DNA of 14,550 nucleotides from Planctomycetota bacterium (GTDB lineage Bacteria; Planctomycetota; Planctomycetia; Pirellulales; Lacipirellulaceae), in contig JBCCXZ010000079.1 of the NCBI GenBank assembly GCA_039190745.1, positions 1 through 14,550 of the forward strand, given 5' to 3'. The first letter of the stretch is position 1, and every line of letters starts with the position of its first letter. The notes beneath the pieces are model-generated. The model was not told where the DNA came from, made no database searches, and saw only the letters and a program-made list of their open reading frames with translations. The translations under genes and the position numbers were made by a program. Shown here piece by piece: positions 1-9,894 of this stretch.

Positions 1-192
1 GTAGCTGCTGGCCTGGATCACGCCCACCCGCATCGGCTGGTCGATCACCCGCATCAGGTCGGCCATCAGCACCACGCTGCCGGTGAGCACGCCGACCATC
101 GTGAGCTGCCGCCCCTCGAAGGCCTCTTCAATCTGATGGGCCATCTTCGTGACGCCCTCGTGCAGTTGGTCTTCGCTGAGCAGGATCTTCAT
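1..192 (-). CDS. hpt: Hypoxanthine phosphoribosyltransferase, N-terminal 64 aa (runs off the window edge)
   Basis: Not in the ORF track. Manual translation from the ATG at 192 gives MKILLSEDQLHEGVTKMAHQIEEAFEGRQLTMVGVLTGSVVLMADLMRVIDQPMRVGVIQASSY. This matches the HPRT N-terminus (ILLSEE-like start, VGVLxGS..FMADL, xSSY flexible loop). It lies downstream of upp and nupC. Confidence 0.93.
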   Translation of the reverse strand, partial: MKILLSEDQLHEGVTKMAHQIEEAFEGRQLTMVGVLTGSVVLMADLMRVIDQPMRVGVIQASSY

Positions 193-331
193 GATGAGTG
201 TCCGCTGTTTTTCGGTTGGATAGTTCCCTGGCGAGGCCCGCAGTCCCGCGGGAGAACAATTAATCTAAGGGGTTTCAGCGTCTATTTCCAGTTTCCGGTT
301 CCGGCTCCCAGTATCCGATTGCGGCGAGCTA

Positions 332-1588
332 TCACAGGAGGATGCCCGCGATACAGGCCGTCATAAACGCGGCGAGCGTGCCGCCGAGCATCGCCCGAAA
401 GCCCAGCCGGGCGAGCTCGCCCCGTCGTTCCGGAGCGATGCCGCCGATGCCGCCGAGCTGGATGCCGATTGAGCTGAAGTTGGCAAACCCGCACAAGGCG
501 TAGGTCATGATCGTCTCGCTCCGCTCTCCGATCACGCGGCCGCCTGGCGCCTCGGCCCACTCCGCGAGCCTGCCGTAAGCCACGAATTCGTTGGCCGCCA
601 TCTTCAGGCCCAGCAGCTCGCCGCATTTCGACGAGTCGGCCCAGGGGATACCCATAATCCACGCCAACGGCGCGAACATGGCCCCGAGGATCGCTTCGAT
701 CGACCATTGCGGCGCCTCTCCAGGCTCAAGCATCGCCAGCCGGACCCCGAGGCCGTGGAGCTGCACCCCGGTCCAACCGAGCAGCGCGTTCACCACCGCG
801 ATCAACGCCAGGAACGTGATGATCATCGCCCCCACGTTCAGTGCGAGCCGCAGCCCGTCGGTCGTGCCGTTGGCCACCGCCTCGAGCACGTTCTGGCTCG
901 AGTCTTCCACCTCTACCTCAACGGTTCCAAGCGTCTTGGGTGTCTCGACCTCCGGCTGCATGACCTTGCCGATCAGCAAAGCGGCCGGCGCCGAGATCAC
1001 TGATGCGCTCAGCAGGTGTTTGGCGCTGATGCCCATCTCGACGTAGGCTCCCAGCACCCCGCCGGCGATGGTTGCAAAACCGCCCACCATCACCGAGTTC
1101 AGCTCCGAGGCCGTCATCGTCGACACGTACGGCTTGATCACCAGCGGCGCCTCGGTCTGCCCCACGAACACGTTAGCCGCGGCCGAGAGCGTCTCCGCCC
1201 CCGAAGTCCCCAGCGTCTTCTGCATGATGCGGGCGAATACGCCGACAATCGCCTGCATGATTCCCAGGTAGTAGAAGATCGACATGAACGCCGAGAAGAA
1301 GACGATCGTCGGCAGCACCTTGAACGCGAAGAAATGGTCGCGGAAGGACTCACCGAAGACGAACAGCGCCGCGTCGTCAACGCTGGCCAGCAGCGCGACG
1401 AACACGCGGTCGATCATGTCGAAGAACCGCCGCCCGGCCTCGGTGCGGAGGATCAGCAGGGCGAAAACGAGCTGCAAGCCCAGCCCGCCGATCACGATCC
1501 GCCAAGGGAACCGCCGTTTGTGCGAACTCATCAGCCACGCCAGGCCAATCATCGTCGCCAGGCCCAACAGGCTAACCATCCGCTCCAT
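332..1588 (-). CDS. nupC: Concentrative nucleoside transporter (CNT/NupC/NupX family), 418 aa
   Basis: Highly hydrophobic protein carrying CNT motifs FAFKVLPTIVFFSA, ANVFVGQTEAPL, GFATIAGGV, NEFVAY and YALCGFANFSSIGI. Confidence 0.95.
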   Translation of the reverse strand: MERMVSLLGLATMIGLAWLMSSHKRRFPWRIVIGGLGLQLVFALLILRTEAGRRFFDMIDRVFVALLASVDDAALFVFGESFRDHFFAFKVLPTIVFFSAFMSIFYYLGIMQAIVGVFARIMQKTLGTSGAETLSAAANVFVGQTEAPLVIKPYVSTMTASELNSVMVGGFATIAGGVLGAYVEMGISAKHLLSASVISAPAALLIGKVMQPEVETPKTLGTVEVEVEDSSQNVLEAVANGTTDGLRLALNVGAMIITFLALIAVVNALLGWTGVQLHGLGVRLAMLEPGEAPQWSIEAILGAMFAPLAWIMGIPWADSSKCGELLGLKMAANEFVAYGRLAEWAEAPGGRVIGERSETIMTYALCGFANFSSIGIQLGGIGGIAPERRGELARLGFRAMLGGTLAAFMTACIAGILL

Positions 1589-1623
1589 AGGCTAAGGCTC
1601 TCCGATTCAGTCGCGTGGCGGGG

Positions 1624-2322
1624 CTACTCGGGCAGCACCGTGTTGAAGATCCGGTCGCCCGCGTCGCCCAAACCCGGCACGATGAACTTCTGATCGTTCA
1701 GCTCGGGGTCGATCTGGCAGACGAACACCTGCGCCTCGGGGAACTGCTGTGTCACGGCGTCGACGCCCTCTTGCGACGCGATGATCGAAAGTACCTTCAC
1801 CTTGGCCACACCCCAATCGCGGAGCGTCATCAGCGCCGCGGTCGCCGAGCCGCCGGTCGCCAGCATCGGGTCGACCACCAACGCCAGGTCCACCGGCCGC
1901 TGGTCGGGCAGCTTGTTGTAGTACTTCACCGGCTTGGCGGTCGATTCGTCGCGGTACAGCCCCAGGTGCCACACCTCGGCTGTCGGCACGAGGTCGAGCA
2001 CCGGGTCGACCATCCCCAGCCCGGCCCGCAAGATCGGCACCAGGCCCACACGGCCCGAGAGGGTTTTTCCCTCGGTCTGGGTCAGCGGCGTTTCCACCGT
2101 GGTGTTGGCCAGCGCGAGGTCTTTGGTGGCCTCGTAGGCCAGCAGCGTGGCGAGCCGGCTGACCAACGACCGGAACTGGACCGGGGTGGTTTCTTTGTCC
2201 CGGAGCTGAGTCAGGTGGTGCGAGACGAGCGGGTGGCTCAACTCGAGCACGCCCCCGTCAGCCACGGGGCTCTGCTCGCTGCTGGTCGGCTTGTTGGCGG
2301 AGGGGTCCGTCATCACAGACAC
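1624..2322 (-). CDS. upp: Uracil phosphoribosyltransferase
   Basis: Motifs HPLVSHHLTQLRD, VPILRAGLGM, PRPP-binding VVDPMLATGGSA and IVPGLGDAGDR. The start is placed at GTG 2322 because AGGAG lies 6 nt upstream; ATG 2313 is an alternative and the ORF track starts at 2361. Confidence 0.96.
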   Translation of the reverse strand: MSVMTDPSANKPTSSEQSPVADGGVLELSHPLVSHHLTQLRDKETTPVQFRSLVSRLATLLAYEATKDLALANTTVETPLTQTEGKTLSGRVGLVPILRAGLGMVDPVLDLVPTAEVWHLGLYRDESTAKPVKYYNKLPDQRPVDLALVVDPMLATGGSATAALMTLRDWGVAKVKVLSIIASQEGVDAVTQQFPEAQVFVCQIDPELNDQKFIVPGLGDAGDRIFNTVLPE

Positions 2323-2384
2323 GGCGTTCTCCTGCGAGGGGTGTGCGACGCCGGCACACAATCGGGCAGCCGGCTTCGGCCCCT

Positions 2385-2413
2385 AGTCTAGTAGCACCGC
2401 CAGCAGATGAGAA
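2385..2413 (-). promoter_or_regulatory. Possible sigma70-type promoter for upp-nupC(-hpt)
   Basis: Minus strand reads TTCTCA-N17-TAGACT. Pattern match only. Confidence 0.3.
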
Positions 2414-2429
2414 GAATGCGGCCCTAGCT

Positions 2430-3278
2430 TTATGCCCCGATCCGGCAGTGGTCGAGCATTTCACCCGCACTGGCGACATAGCTTACCAGGAACGGGCCAA
2501 ACTCCGCGTAGCGGGCGCTCGCCTCGTCGAACCGCATCCGGTAGACGATGTCCTTCAGGTACTCGGGGTTGGTGGCCCACAGGGTGACGCCCCACTCCCA
2601 GTCATCCAGCCCTAGCCCGACCGTGATGAGCTGGCTCACCTTTCCCGCAAAGGCAATCCCGCTCCGAGCGTGCTCGCTCATCATCGCGTTCCGCTCGGCC
2701 TTGGAGAGCGTAAACCAGTTCTCCCCCACCTTCCGCTTCTTGTTCATCGGGTAGAAGCAGGTGTTGGGCCACTCCGGCAGGCTGGGGGTCAGCCGCTGAC
2801 GGTTCATGCCGCCCAGGCGATCGGAATACGCCTTGAGCTTTACTCCGTAGGCCTCGCTCGACGGGTCGGCGCCCTCGGCGACCAGCCGCTCGCCGTACTC
2901 TTCCACGGAGGGCACGTACTCGCTGATCTCGGTCATCGACACGAACGAGTAGCCCGGAACAAGCGCCGGCGCGAGAGGAGAAGCCATCAACGACTGATGC
3001 ACCCGATCGATCTTCAAAGGATCGGGGTCCATCAGCATCAGACCGAAGTCCGCTTTGTGGCCGCTCACCAGCGAGGTCTGCAGCCGCAGCGGGGCGTCGT
3101 CAGCATGCGGATCTAACGCGCAGATCACGGCGTCGCGGCCAGCGGCGACCTGCTGCCCCGGCATCGCCGCCAGAACCTGTCGGTTCCACGTGTAGTACAG
3201 ATGGCTGCAGTGCCAACCGCCGGCGGCGGGCGCGGTGGAAACCTCGGTCGGGGCGGTCGTAGCGTGGGGACGATTCAT
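2430..3278 (-). CDS. hemQ: Coproheme decarboxylase ChdC/HemQ (chlorite dismutase family), 282 aa
   Basis: Motifs GHKADF, SFVSMTEISEY, CFYPMNKKR (catalytic Tyr), WFTL..ER..MMSEH (proximal His), KVSQLIT, GLDDWEWGVTL and MRFDEASARYAEFGPF. Confidence 0.93.
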   Translation of the reverse strand: MNRPHATTAPTEVSTAPAAGGWHCSHLYYTWNRQVLAAMPGQQVAAGRDAVICALDPHADDAPLRLQTSLVSGHKADFGLMLMDPDPLKIDRVHQSLMASPLAPALVPGYSFVSMTEISEYVPSVEEYGERLVAEGADPSSEAYGVKLKAYSDRLGGMNRQRLTPSLPEWPNTCFYPMNKKRKVGENWFTLSKAERNAMMSEHARSGIAFAGKVSQLITVGLGLDDWEWGVTLWATNPEYLKDIVYRMRFDEASARYAEFGPFLVSYVASAGEMLDHCRIGA

Positions 3279-3331
3279 GGCGGGCGCGGAGCGACTTGAC
3301 GAGTGCAGTGAGTCGGAGGAAATCCGTCCGC

Positions 3332-3361
3332 ATGTTAGCAGTTCTCCAAAGGGGGTGTCAC
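3332..3361 (-). promoter_or_regulatory. Putative sigma70 promoter for hemQ with extended -10
   Basis: Minus strand reads GTGACA (3361-3356), an 18-nt spacer ending in TGc, then TAACAT (3337-3332), about 55 nt upstream of the hemQ ATG. Confidence 0.4.
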
Positions 3362-3364
3362 GGG

Positions 3365-3385
3365 GCCGCCCGGTCCTCGGGCGGC
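3365..3385. terminator. Strong GC hairpin; possible 3' end structure of the prkA-spoVR operon
   Basis: Perfect 8-bp stem GCCGCCCG-gtcct-CGGGCGGC. There is no U-tract, so terminator function is uncertain. Confidence 0.3.
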
Positions 3386-3618
3386 AACTGGCAACGGGCG
3401 CCGTCTACGCGGCGGCGCTCCACAGGAAGGTGGCAAGAGCGACGCCCTTGGTTCGCCGGGCGGCCGGGGCAGGCACAGCTCGGCTCGGCGCCGCAAGCAG
3501 GCGTGGATTCAGAGTGGTCGGAAGAACAAACAGCGAAGACCCGGTGGCGGCAAGGAGACTCGTCGACGGGGCGGGGCTGATTGCTCATAAGCGACCTAAC
3601 CGTGGATGGGGGAGAGAA

Positions 3619-4119
3619 TCATGGGGCCTGCCCTCCGGAGAGGGCGTCGTCGACCGCTCGGCCGAAATCGTCGGCCAGCCGACCCGCGGCTTCGTGCGTC
3701 AGGTGGGCGGCGACACGTACCCGGGGAGAACCCGGCAGCTTTTCGTAACGGTGGAGCGAGACGAGCCCGCCCCGCTGCATCAGCAGCTCGTAGTAACGGC
3801 GGCCGTTGTCGTCCTTCTGCGGGGGGCTGCTCCGCATCTGCACCGAGCAGCCGTCCGCGTCGGTCTCGATTGGCGAGACCGGCTCCAGCAGGTAGTTCAC
3901 CCGCCCGCACAGCGCCCGGCTCGCGGCCTCGATCGCCTGAATGTCTGCCTTGCCGAGCTCCGCCGTCTGCAGCACCAACTCGTGCACCGCAGCAGCCAGC
4001 GGCTCAACCTCGGCCGCCACGCACCGCAGCGTCCGCTGACCCTCGACCGCGGCGATCTGCTGGTTCTGCTGCCCGGCCCGGGAGGCCAGTTCGGTTTTGA
4101 GTGTTGCCGAGAGGCTCAT
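3619..4119 (-). CDS. Hypothetical protein, 166 aa ([13 protein letters not shown]...DDALSGGQAP), translationally coupled to spoVR
   Basis: This is the C-terminal part of the 3619..5379 ORF in the track. Its ATG (4119-4117) overlaps the spoVR TGA (4118-4116) as ATGA. Composition is globular alpha/beta-like (RVNYLLEPVSPIETD, VQMRSSPP, YYELL) with GC-rich third codon positions. Confidence 0.85.
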   Translation of the reverse strand: MSLSATLKTELASRAGQQNQQIAAVEGQRTLRCVAAEVEPLAAAVHELVLQTAELGKADIQAIEAASRALCGRVNYLLEPVSPIETDADGCSVQMRSSPPQKDDNGRRYYELLMQRGGLVSLHRYEKLPGSPRVRVAAHLTHEAAGRLADDFGRAVDDALSGGQAP

Positions 4120-5645
4120 ACCGCGGCCTCCGCGTCGGCGAGTTCGATTGTCTCGGCCTCTTCGGTCTCGTGGTCCGTTCCATCGAACGACAGCACCACC
4201 CGCTTGTCGGCCAGCACGGTCTCTAGATGAACCGGCCGGCTCCACACGCGGTAGAGGTTCTCGAGCGTGTCGCGGGCGTAGTCGAGCTGCAGCTCCACGC
4301 CCGAGTAGTCGTGCTTCAGCGCCAGCTCGCCGCGGTTGGCGTGGTTGCCGTCCACCACCGCGATGATCGGCCGCCCGCGGTTGGTGAGGCTCTGCAACAA
4401 CTGCTGCTTCACCTTGGGGAACTCGCGGCTCTCGATCTCGTACGCCTCGCTCGTGGGGTTGTAGCCGAAGCGGAAGAACTTGTGCTCCCGTACGAAGTCG
4501 AGCGTCAGGAACTCGTCGATGAACGTCAGGTCGTTGTGGATCCGCCGGACCTCGAAGATCTTCTCCCGCCCGAGGCCCGCGTCGGTGTTCCAGTTCCGCC
4601 GCGTGAGGTAGTCGTCGCACTCCTCGTACTCGCGGCCGAAGGCGCCCCGGTTCCACCGGTCTTCGATGTCGCGCAAGAGCTCGATGCCGACTTTGTAAGG
4701 GTTGAGCTGCGTTGGCGAGCTCGCCATCGTGCCGCTGTGGTGGTCGGCGTAGTTCACCACGTCGGCGGCGGTGAGGCCCTGCCGGACCATAATCGTGGAG
4801 TGCCAGTAGCTGGCCCAGCCCTCGTTCATGATCTTGGTCTGCGCCTGCGGAGCGAAGTAGTACGCCTCGTCGCGGATGATCGCCAGCACGTCGGCCTGCC
4901 ACGACTCCAGCGGCGCTTGCTCCAGCAGGAACAGCAGCACGTCGCGTTCCGGGTGCTCTGGTACGCCGCGTTGTTGACCCTCGGACTGCTCCGGCTTCTC
5001 TCCGCTGCCGGGCGGGTTGATGAACCGGTCCATGTAGCCCTTCGCCGGGAACTTGGCCGAGCTGCCCGAATCGTTTTCCGCACCGTCGTCGAAGTCGTAC
5101 CGGCTGCGGTCGTTCCGCCGCTTGATGAACGGCGAGTGGATGTCGATCAGGTCTTCCAGGCTCAGGCAGACGTCGATGAAGTCCTCGACCCGCTCCACGC
5201 CGTGCTGGTCCATGTGGCGGCGGACGCGCGTGCCGTGGTTCGCCATCTCGTCCATCATCTTGCGATTGGTCGGGGCGAAGCACAGGTTGTTCTTGAAGAA
5301 GTCGCAATGCCCGTAGACGTGGGCCATCACCATCTTCTGGTCGATCATCCCGTTGCACCGCATCAGGTACGCATAGCACGGGTCATTGTTGATGACCATC
5401 TCGTAGATCTTCTGGAGCCCGTAGCTGTAGCCCTTGCTCAGCTGCTCGTACTCCATGCCGAACCGCCAGTGCGGGTAGCGGGTCGGGAAGCCGCCGCGTG
5501 CGGCGATCGCGTTAAGCTCATCGGAGTCGATCAGCTCGAAGATGGTGGGGTAGAAGTCGAGGCTGTACGCGCGGGCGTACTCCTCAATCTCCGCCTGGAC
5601 GGCGGCCAACTCGGGCGTCAGGTTGCCGAGGTTGTCTAGCGCCAA
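4116..5645 (-). CDS. spoVR: SpoVR/YcgB family protein, 509 aa
   Basis: Motifs [60 protein letters not shown] and NPYKVG. TTG start with AGGAG 7 nt upstream. Confidence 0.95.
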   Translation of the reverse strand: MALDNLGNLTPELAAVQAEIEEYARAYSLDFYPTIFELIDSDELNAIAARGGFPTRYPHWRFGMEYEQLSKGYSYGLQKIYEMVINNDPCYAYLMRCNGMIDQKMVMAHVYGHCDFFKNNLCFAPTNRKMMDEMANHGTRVRRHMDQHGVERVEDFIDVCLSLEDLIDIHSPFIKRRNDRSRYDFDDGAENDSGSSAKFPAKGYMDRFINPPGSGEKPEQSEGQQRGVPEHPERDVLLFLLEQAPLESWQADVLAIIRDEAYYFAPQAQTKIMNEGWASYWHSTIMVRQGLTAADVVNYADHHSGTMASSPTQLNPYKVGIELLRDIEDRWNRGAFGREYEECDDYLTRRNWNTDAGLGREKIFEVRRIHNDLTFIDEFLTLDFVREHKFFRFGYNPTSEAYEIESREFPKVKQQLLQSLTNRGRPIIAVVDGNHANRGELALKHDYSGVELQLDYARDTLENLYRVWSRPVHLETVLADKRVVLSFDGTDHETEEAETIELADAEAAV

Positions 5646-5655
5646 TGGAGGGCTC

Positions 5656-5871
5656 CTACGCCGCGTGCTCCACCTGGAAGCGGCTCGTCGCCATGCCGCT
5701 GATCACGTCGTACAGCCGGGGCATCTCAGCCGAGAGCACCCGCCGGGCCGCCGCGATCGCGTCATCCCTGTTATCGGCACGAACGTGGACCACAGTATGG
5801 CCCAATCGAACCAGATACGTTGCCTGCGCACCTCCTGTTACACGCGGGGTTTGCTCGATTCTTCTCGTCAT
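5656..5871 (-). CDS. Small hypothetical protein, 71 aa (MTRRIEQTPRVTGGAQATYLVRLGHTVVHVRADNRDDAIAAARRVLSAEMPRLYDVISGMATSRFQVEHAA)
   Basis: Fills the yeaH-spoVR gap on the operon strand. The ATG at 5871 follows a purine-rich leader, and the TAG stop overlaps the AGGAG ribosome-binding site of spoVR. The sequence has a plausible beta-beta-alpha-alpha-beta pattern. Confidence 0.75.
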   Translation of the reverse strand: MTRRIEQTPRVTGGAQATYLVRLGHTVVHVRADNRDDAIAAARRVLSAEMPRLYDVISGMATSRFQVEHAA

Positions 5872-5925
5872 TTTCTCACTTTCTTCATTGCCGCCCCCCG
5901 GCCCGAAAACCCGCCACACCCCCGA

Positions 5926-7035
5926 CTAACGCCCTTTCCCCAAGAACTCCTTGATCGAGTCGTAGATGCCGTCTTTGTCTGCGATCTCTGATAGCACCAC
6001 CCGCTCGTTCTCGCCGTACTGTTGCTGCAGGGCGTCGATGTAGTCTCCGCTGCCGTAGGGGCTCTCCACCTGCCCGTAGCAGAAGCTGTTTACCAAAGGC
6101 AGGATGCCCTCCTGAAGCAGCCCGAACGCCTTGCGGTTGTCGTCGCCCCAGTTGTCGCCGTCGGAGAATTGGAAGACGTACAGGTTCCAGTCCTCGACGG
6201 GGAACTGTTGCTTCATCAATTCCGCGCACACCGAGTACGCGCTGCTGATCCGCGTGCCGCCGCTTTCGCGCGTGTGGTAGAACGTGTGCTCGTCCACCTC
6301 CTTCGCCGCCGCGTCGTGGATGATGTACCGCTTCTCCACGCCCTGGTACTGGCTCCCTAACCAAGTGTCGATCCAGAACGCCTCGGTGCGCACAATTTCC
6401 TTCTGGTCGTCGGTCATCGAGCCCGACACGTCCATGATGTAGATCGCCGCCGCGTTGACTTGCGGTTGCGGTACGTCGTTCCACGAGCGGTACTGCTTGT
6501 CCGCCTTGGTGGGCACGATCACCGGGTTTCGCGGCTCGTACCCGCCCGTGGCGATCTCCCGCCGCAGCGCCCGCATGTACGTCCGCTTGAAGTGCCGCAG
6601 CGACTCCGGGCCGGTCTGCCGGATCGAGTTGTACTTCGCTTTGTCCGCCTGGATGTTGGCCGTCCCCTTGGGCTCGATCCGCGGCAGCTCCAGCTCGTCG
6701 CCGAGCATCTCGGCCAACTCGTCGAGCGTCAGCTCCACTTCCAGGAAGTGCCCGCCGCCCGGCTCTCCGCCGGCGCCGCCCGAGCCCTCTTGGCCCTGCC
6801 CAGGCTTGCCCACCTGGTCGCCCTCTTCGCCGTCGCCCTGGCCGACGCCGCCCGAGCCGTTGTCGCCGAACTTGAACCGCGGCACGTCCAGCGACGGCAC
6901 GGGGATACTCACCGCGTCTTTCCCCCGCCGGCCGATCATCTCGCCGTGCGTGATGTACTTGCGAAGGTTCTCCCGCACGCGTCCCCGCACGATCTCTTTG
7001 AAACGACCGACGTCCCGTTTGATCTCCATCACCAT
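5926..7035 (-). CDS. yeaH: YeaH/YhbH (DUF444/UPF0229) vWA-domain protein, 369 aa
   Basis: Gly-rich linker, [14 protein letters not shown] motif MDVSGSM...[11 protein letters not shown]...QFSDGDNW, and position directly downstream of prkA. Confidence 0.94.
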   Translation of the reverse strand: MVMEIKRDVGRFKEIVRGRVRENLRKYITHGEMIGRRGKDAVSIPVPSLDVPRFKFGDNGSGGVGQGDGEEGDQVGKPGQGQEGSGGAGGEPGGGHFLEVELTLDELAEMLGDELELPRIEPKGTANIQADKAKYNSIRQTGPESLRHFKRTYMRALRREIATGGYEPRNPVIVPTKADKQYRSWNDVPQPQVNAAAIYIMDVSGSMTDDQKEIVRTEAFWIDTWLGSQYQGVEKRYIIHDAAAKEVDEHTFYHTRESGGTRISSAYSVCAELMKQQFPVEDWNLYVFQFSDGDNWGDDNRKAFGLLQEGILPLVNSFCYGQVESPYGSGDYIDALQQQYGENERVVLSEIADKDGIYDSIKEFLGKGR

Positions 7036-7068
7036 CTAGGTCTTGTTCTCTTGTTGCGTTGATTGCGT

Positions 7069-7310
7069 GGAAGGAGATGGGGGGATGTTGGAGATACGGG
7101 GGATGAGATTTGTGGAAACGTCTACTTTGGCAGTCAATTGGAAAACAATGTGAAACAACTCTTGGGCTGCTGAGGGGCTTGGCAGCAAAGCCATAGTCCC
7201 ACTAACGCTCGATCTATGCTCGAAGAATCTGTTCTCGAAGCAGGAAGGTCCTCGCAAGCCGCCCCACTCTTCATTCCCTCTCATCCCCAACATCCCCCTA
7301 TCTCCTTTCC
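7069..7310. repeat. Pair of ~40-bp imperfect inverted repeats (7069-7107 and 7270-7310) enclosing a ~160-bp AT-richer segment
   Basis: Left arm GGAAGGAGATGGGGGGATGTTGGAGATACGGGGGATGAG versus reverse complement of the right arm GGAAAGGAGATAGGGGGATGTTGGGGATGAGAGGGAATGAA. Each arm has ~9-nt internal periodicity (RGAT units). Confidence 0.85.
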
Positions 7311-7315
7311 TCAAA

Positions 7316-9367
<2,052 letters not shown>

Positions 9368-9689
9368 GCCCTGTTCTCCTGAGACCTCTTGCGAGGCTAC
9401 TGTTTCGACCGCGCCCTGCCTCCTTCCCGGTTGGTGCAGGTGATCTCTGAGCAGCGCACGGGCAGATGCAGGCGGGCCGTGGGGAAACCTCGTATCGGTC
9501 CGGGAAAGATGCCCGGAACGTCGAGCCGGCTAACCGGCCGCTCGTGTCAGAGAGACACTCGCACTCGGGAGGTTGGCAAAGAACGCGGTCGTCTTGCGCT
9601 TCGGTGGGGGAGCGGCTTCGACACACGGGCCAGGACGCCGCTCCAGGGCGGCGGGGTTCGGCCTGCAGCCGATTCCTCTCCTCAAGCCA

Positions 9690-9717
9690 AGTATGGCTCG
9701 AATGACGGGGCTGGCAA
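9690..9717 (-). promoter_or_regulatory. Putative sigma70 promoter for the prkA operon
   Basis: Minus strand reads TTGCCA (9717-9712)-N16-CATACT (9695-9690). This would imply a ~315-nt 5' leader. Confidence 0.35.
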
Positions 9718-9873
9718 CATCGGCTCTATGGGCTGCGGTGTCCTTGCTGTCTTCGCCTCTATGCGGAATTCAGTCGTAAGTCTCATCTCAAAAAAGACTT
9801 GTGGCTCATTCGGGCGGGTCGTTTGTCGGCCGGCTAATGCCCCTGAACAACTATCGAGACAGGCAAACAGTTC

Positions 9874-9894
9874 GCCGTAAGCTGCGGCTTTTTT
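9874..9894 (+). terminator. Intrinsic-terminator-like hairpin plus U-tract
   Basis: GCCGTA-agc-TGCGGC followed by TTTTTT. Confidence 0.4.

Noticed and set aside
3100..3333. 77-aa ORF with a GGAGAAC RBS-like motif overlapping hemQ out of frame
   Set aside because: Its start coincides with the predicted -10 box, so the RBS would not be on the hemQ transcript, and most of it is an off-frame reading of hemQ. It cannot be fully excluded on read-through transcripts.
4120..5379. N-terminal 420 aa of the 586-aa minus-strand ORF (3619..5379)
   Set aside because: Arg/Pro/Gly-rich alternative frame of spoVR; only the part from ATG 4119 looks real.
4227..5639. 470-aa plus-strand ORF
   Set aside because: Antisense shadow of spoVR; long antisense ORFs are expected with high GC3 codon usage, and it has no recognisable motifs.
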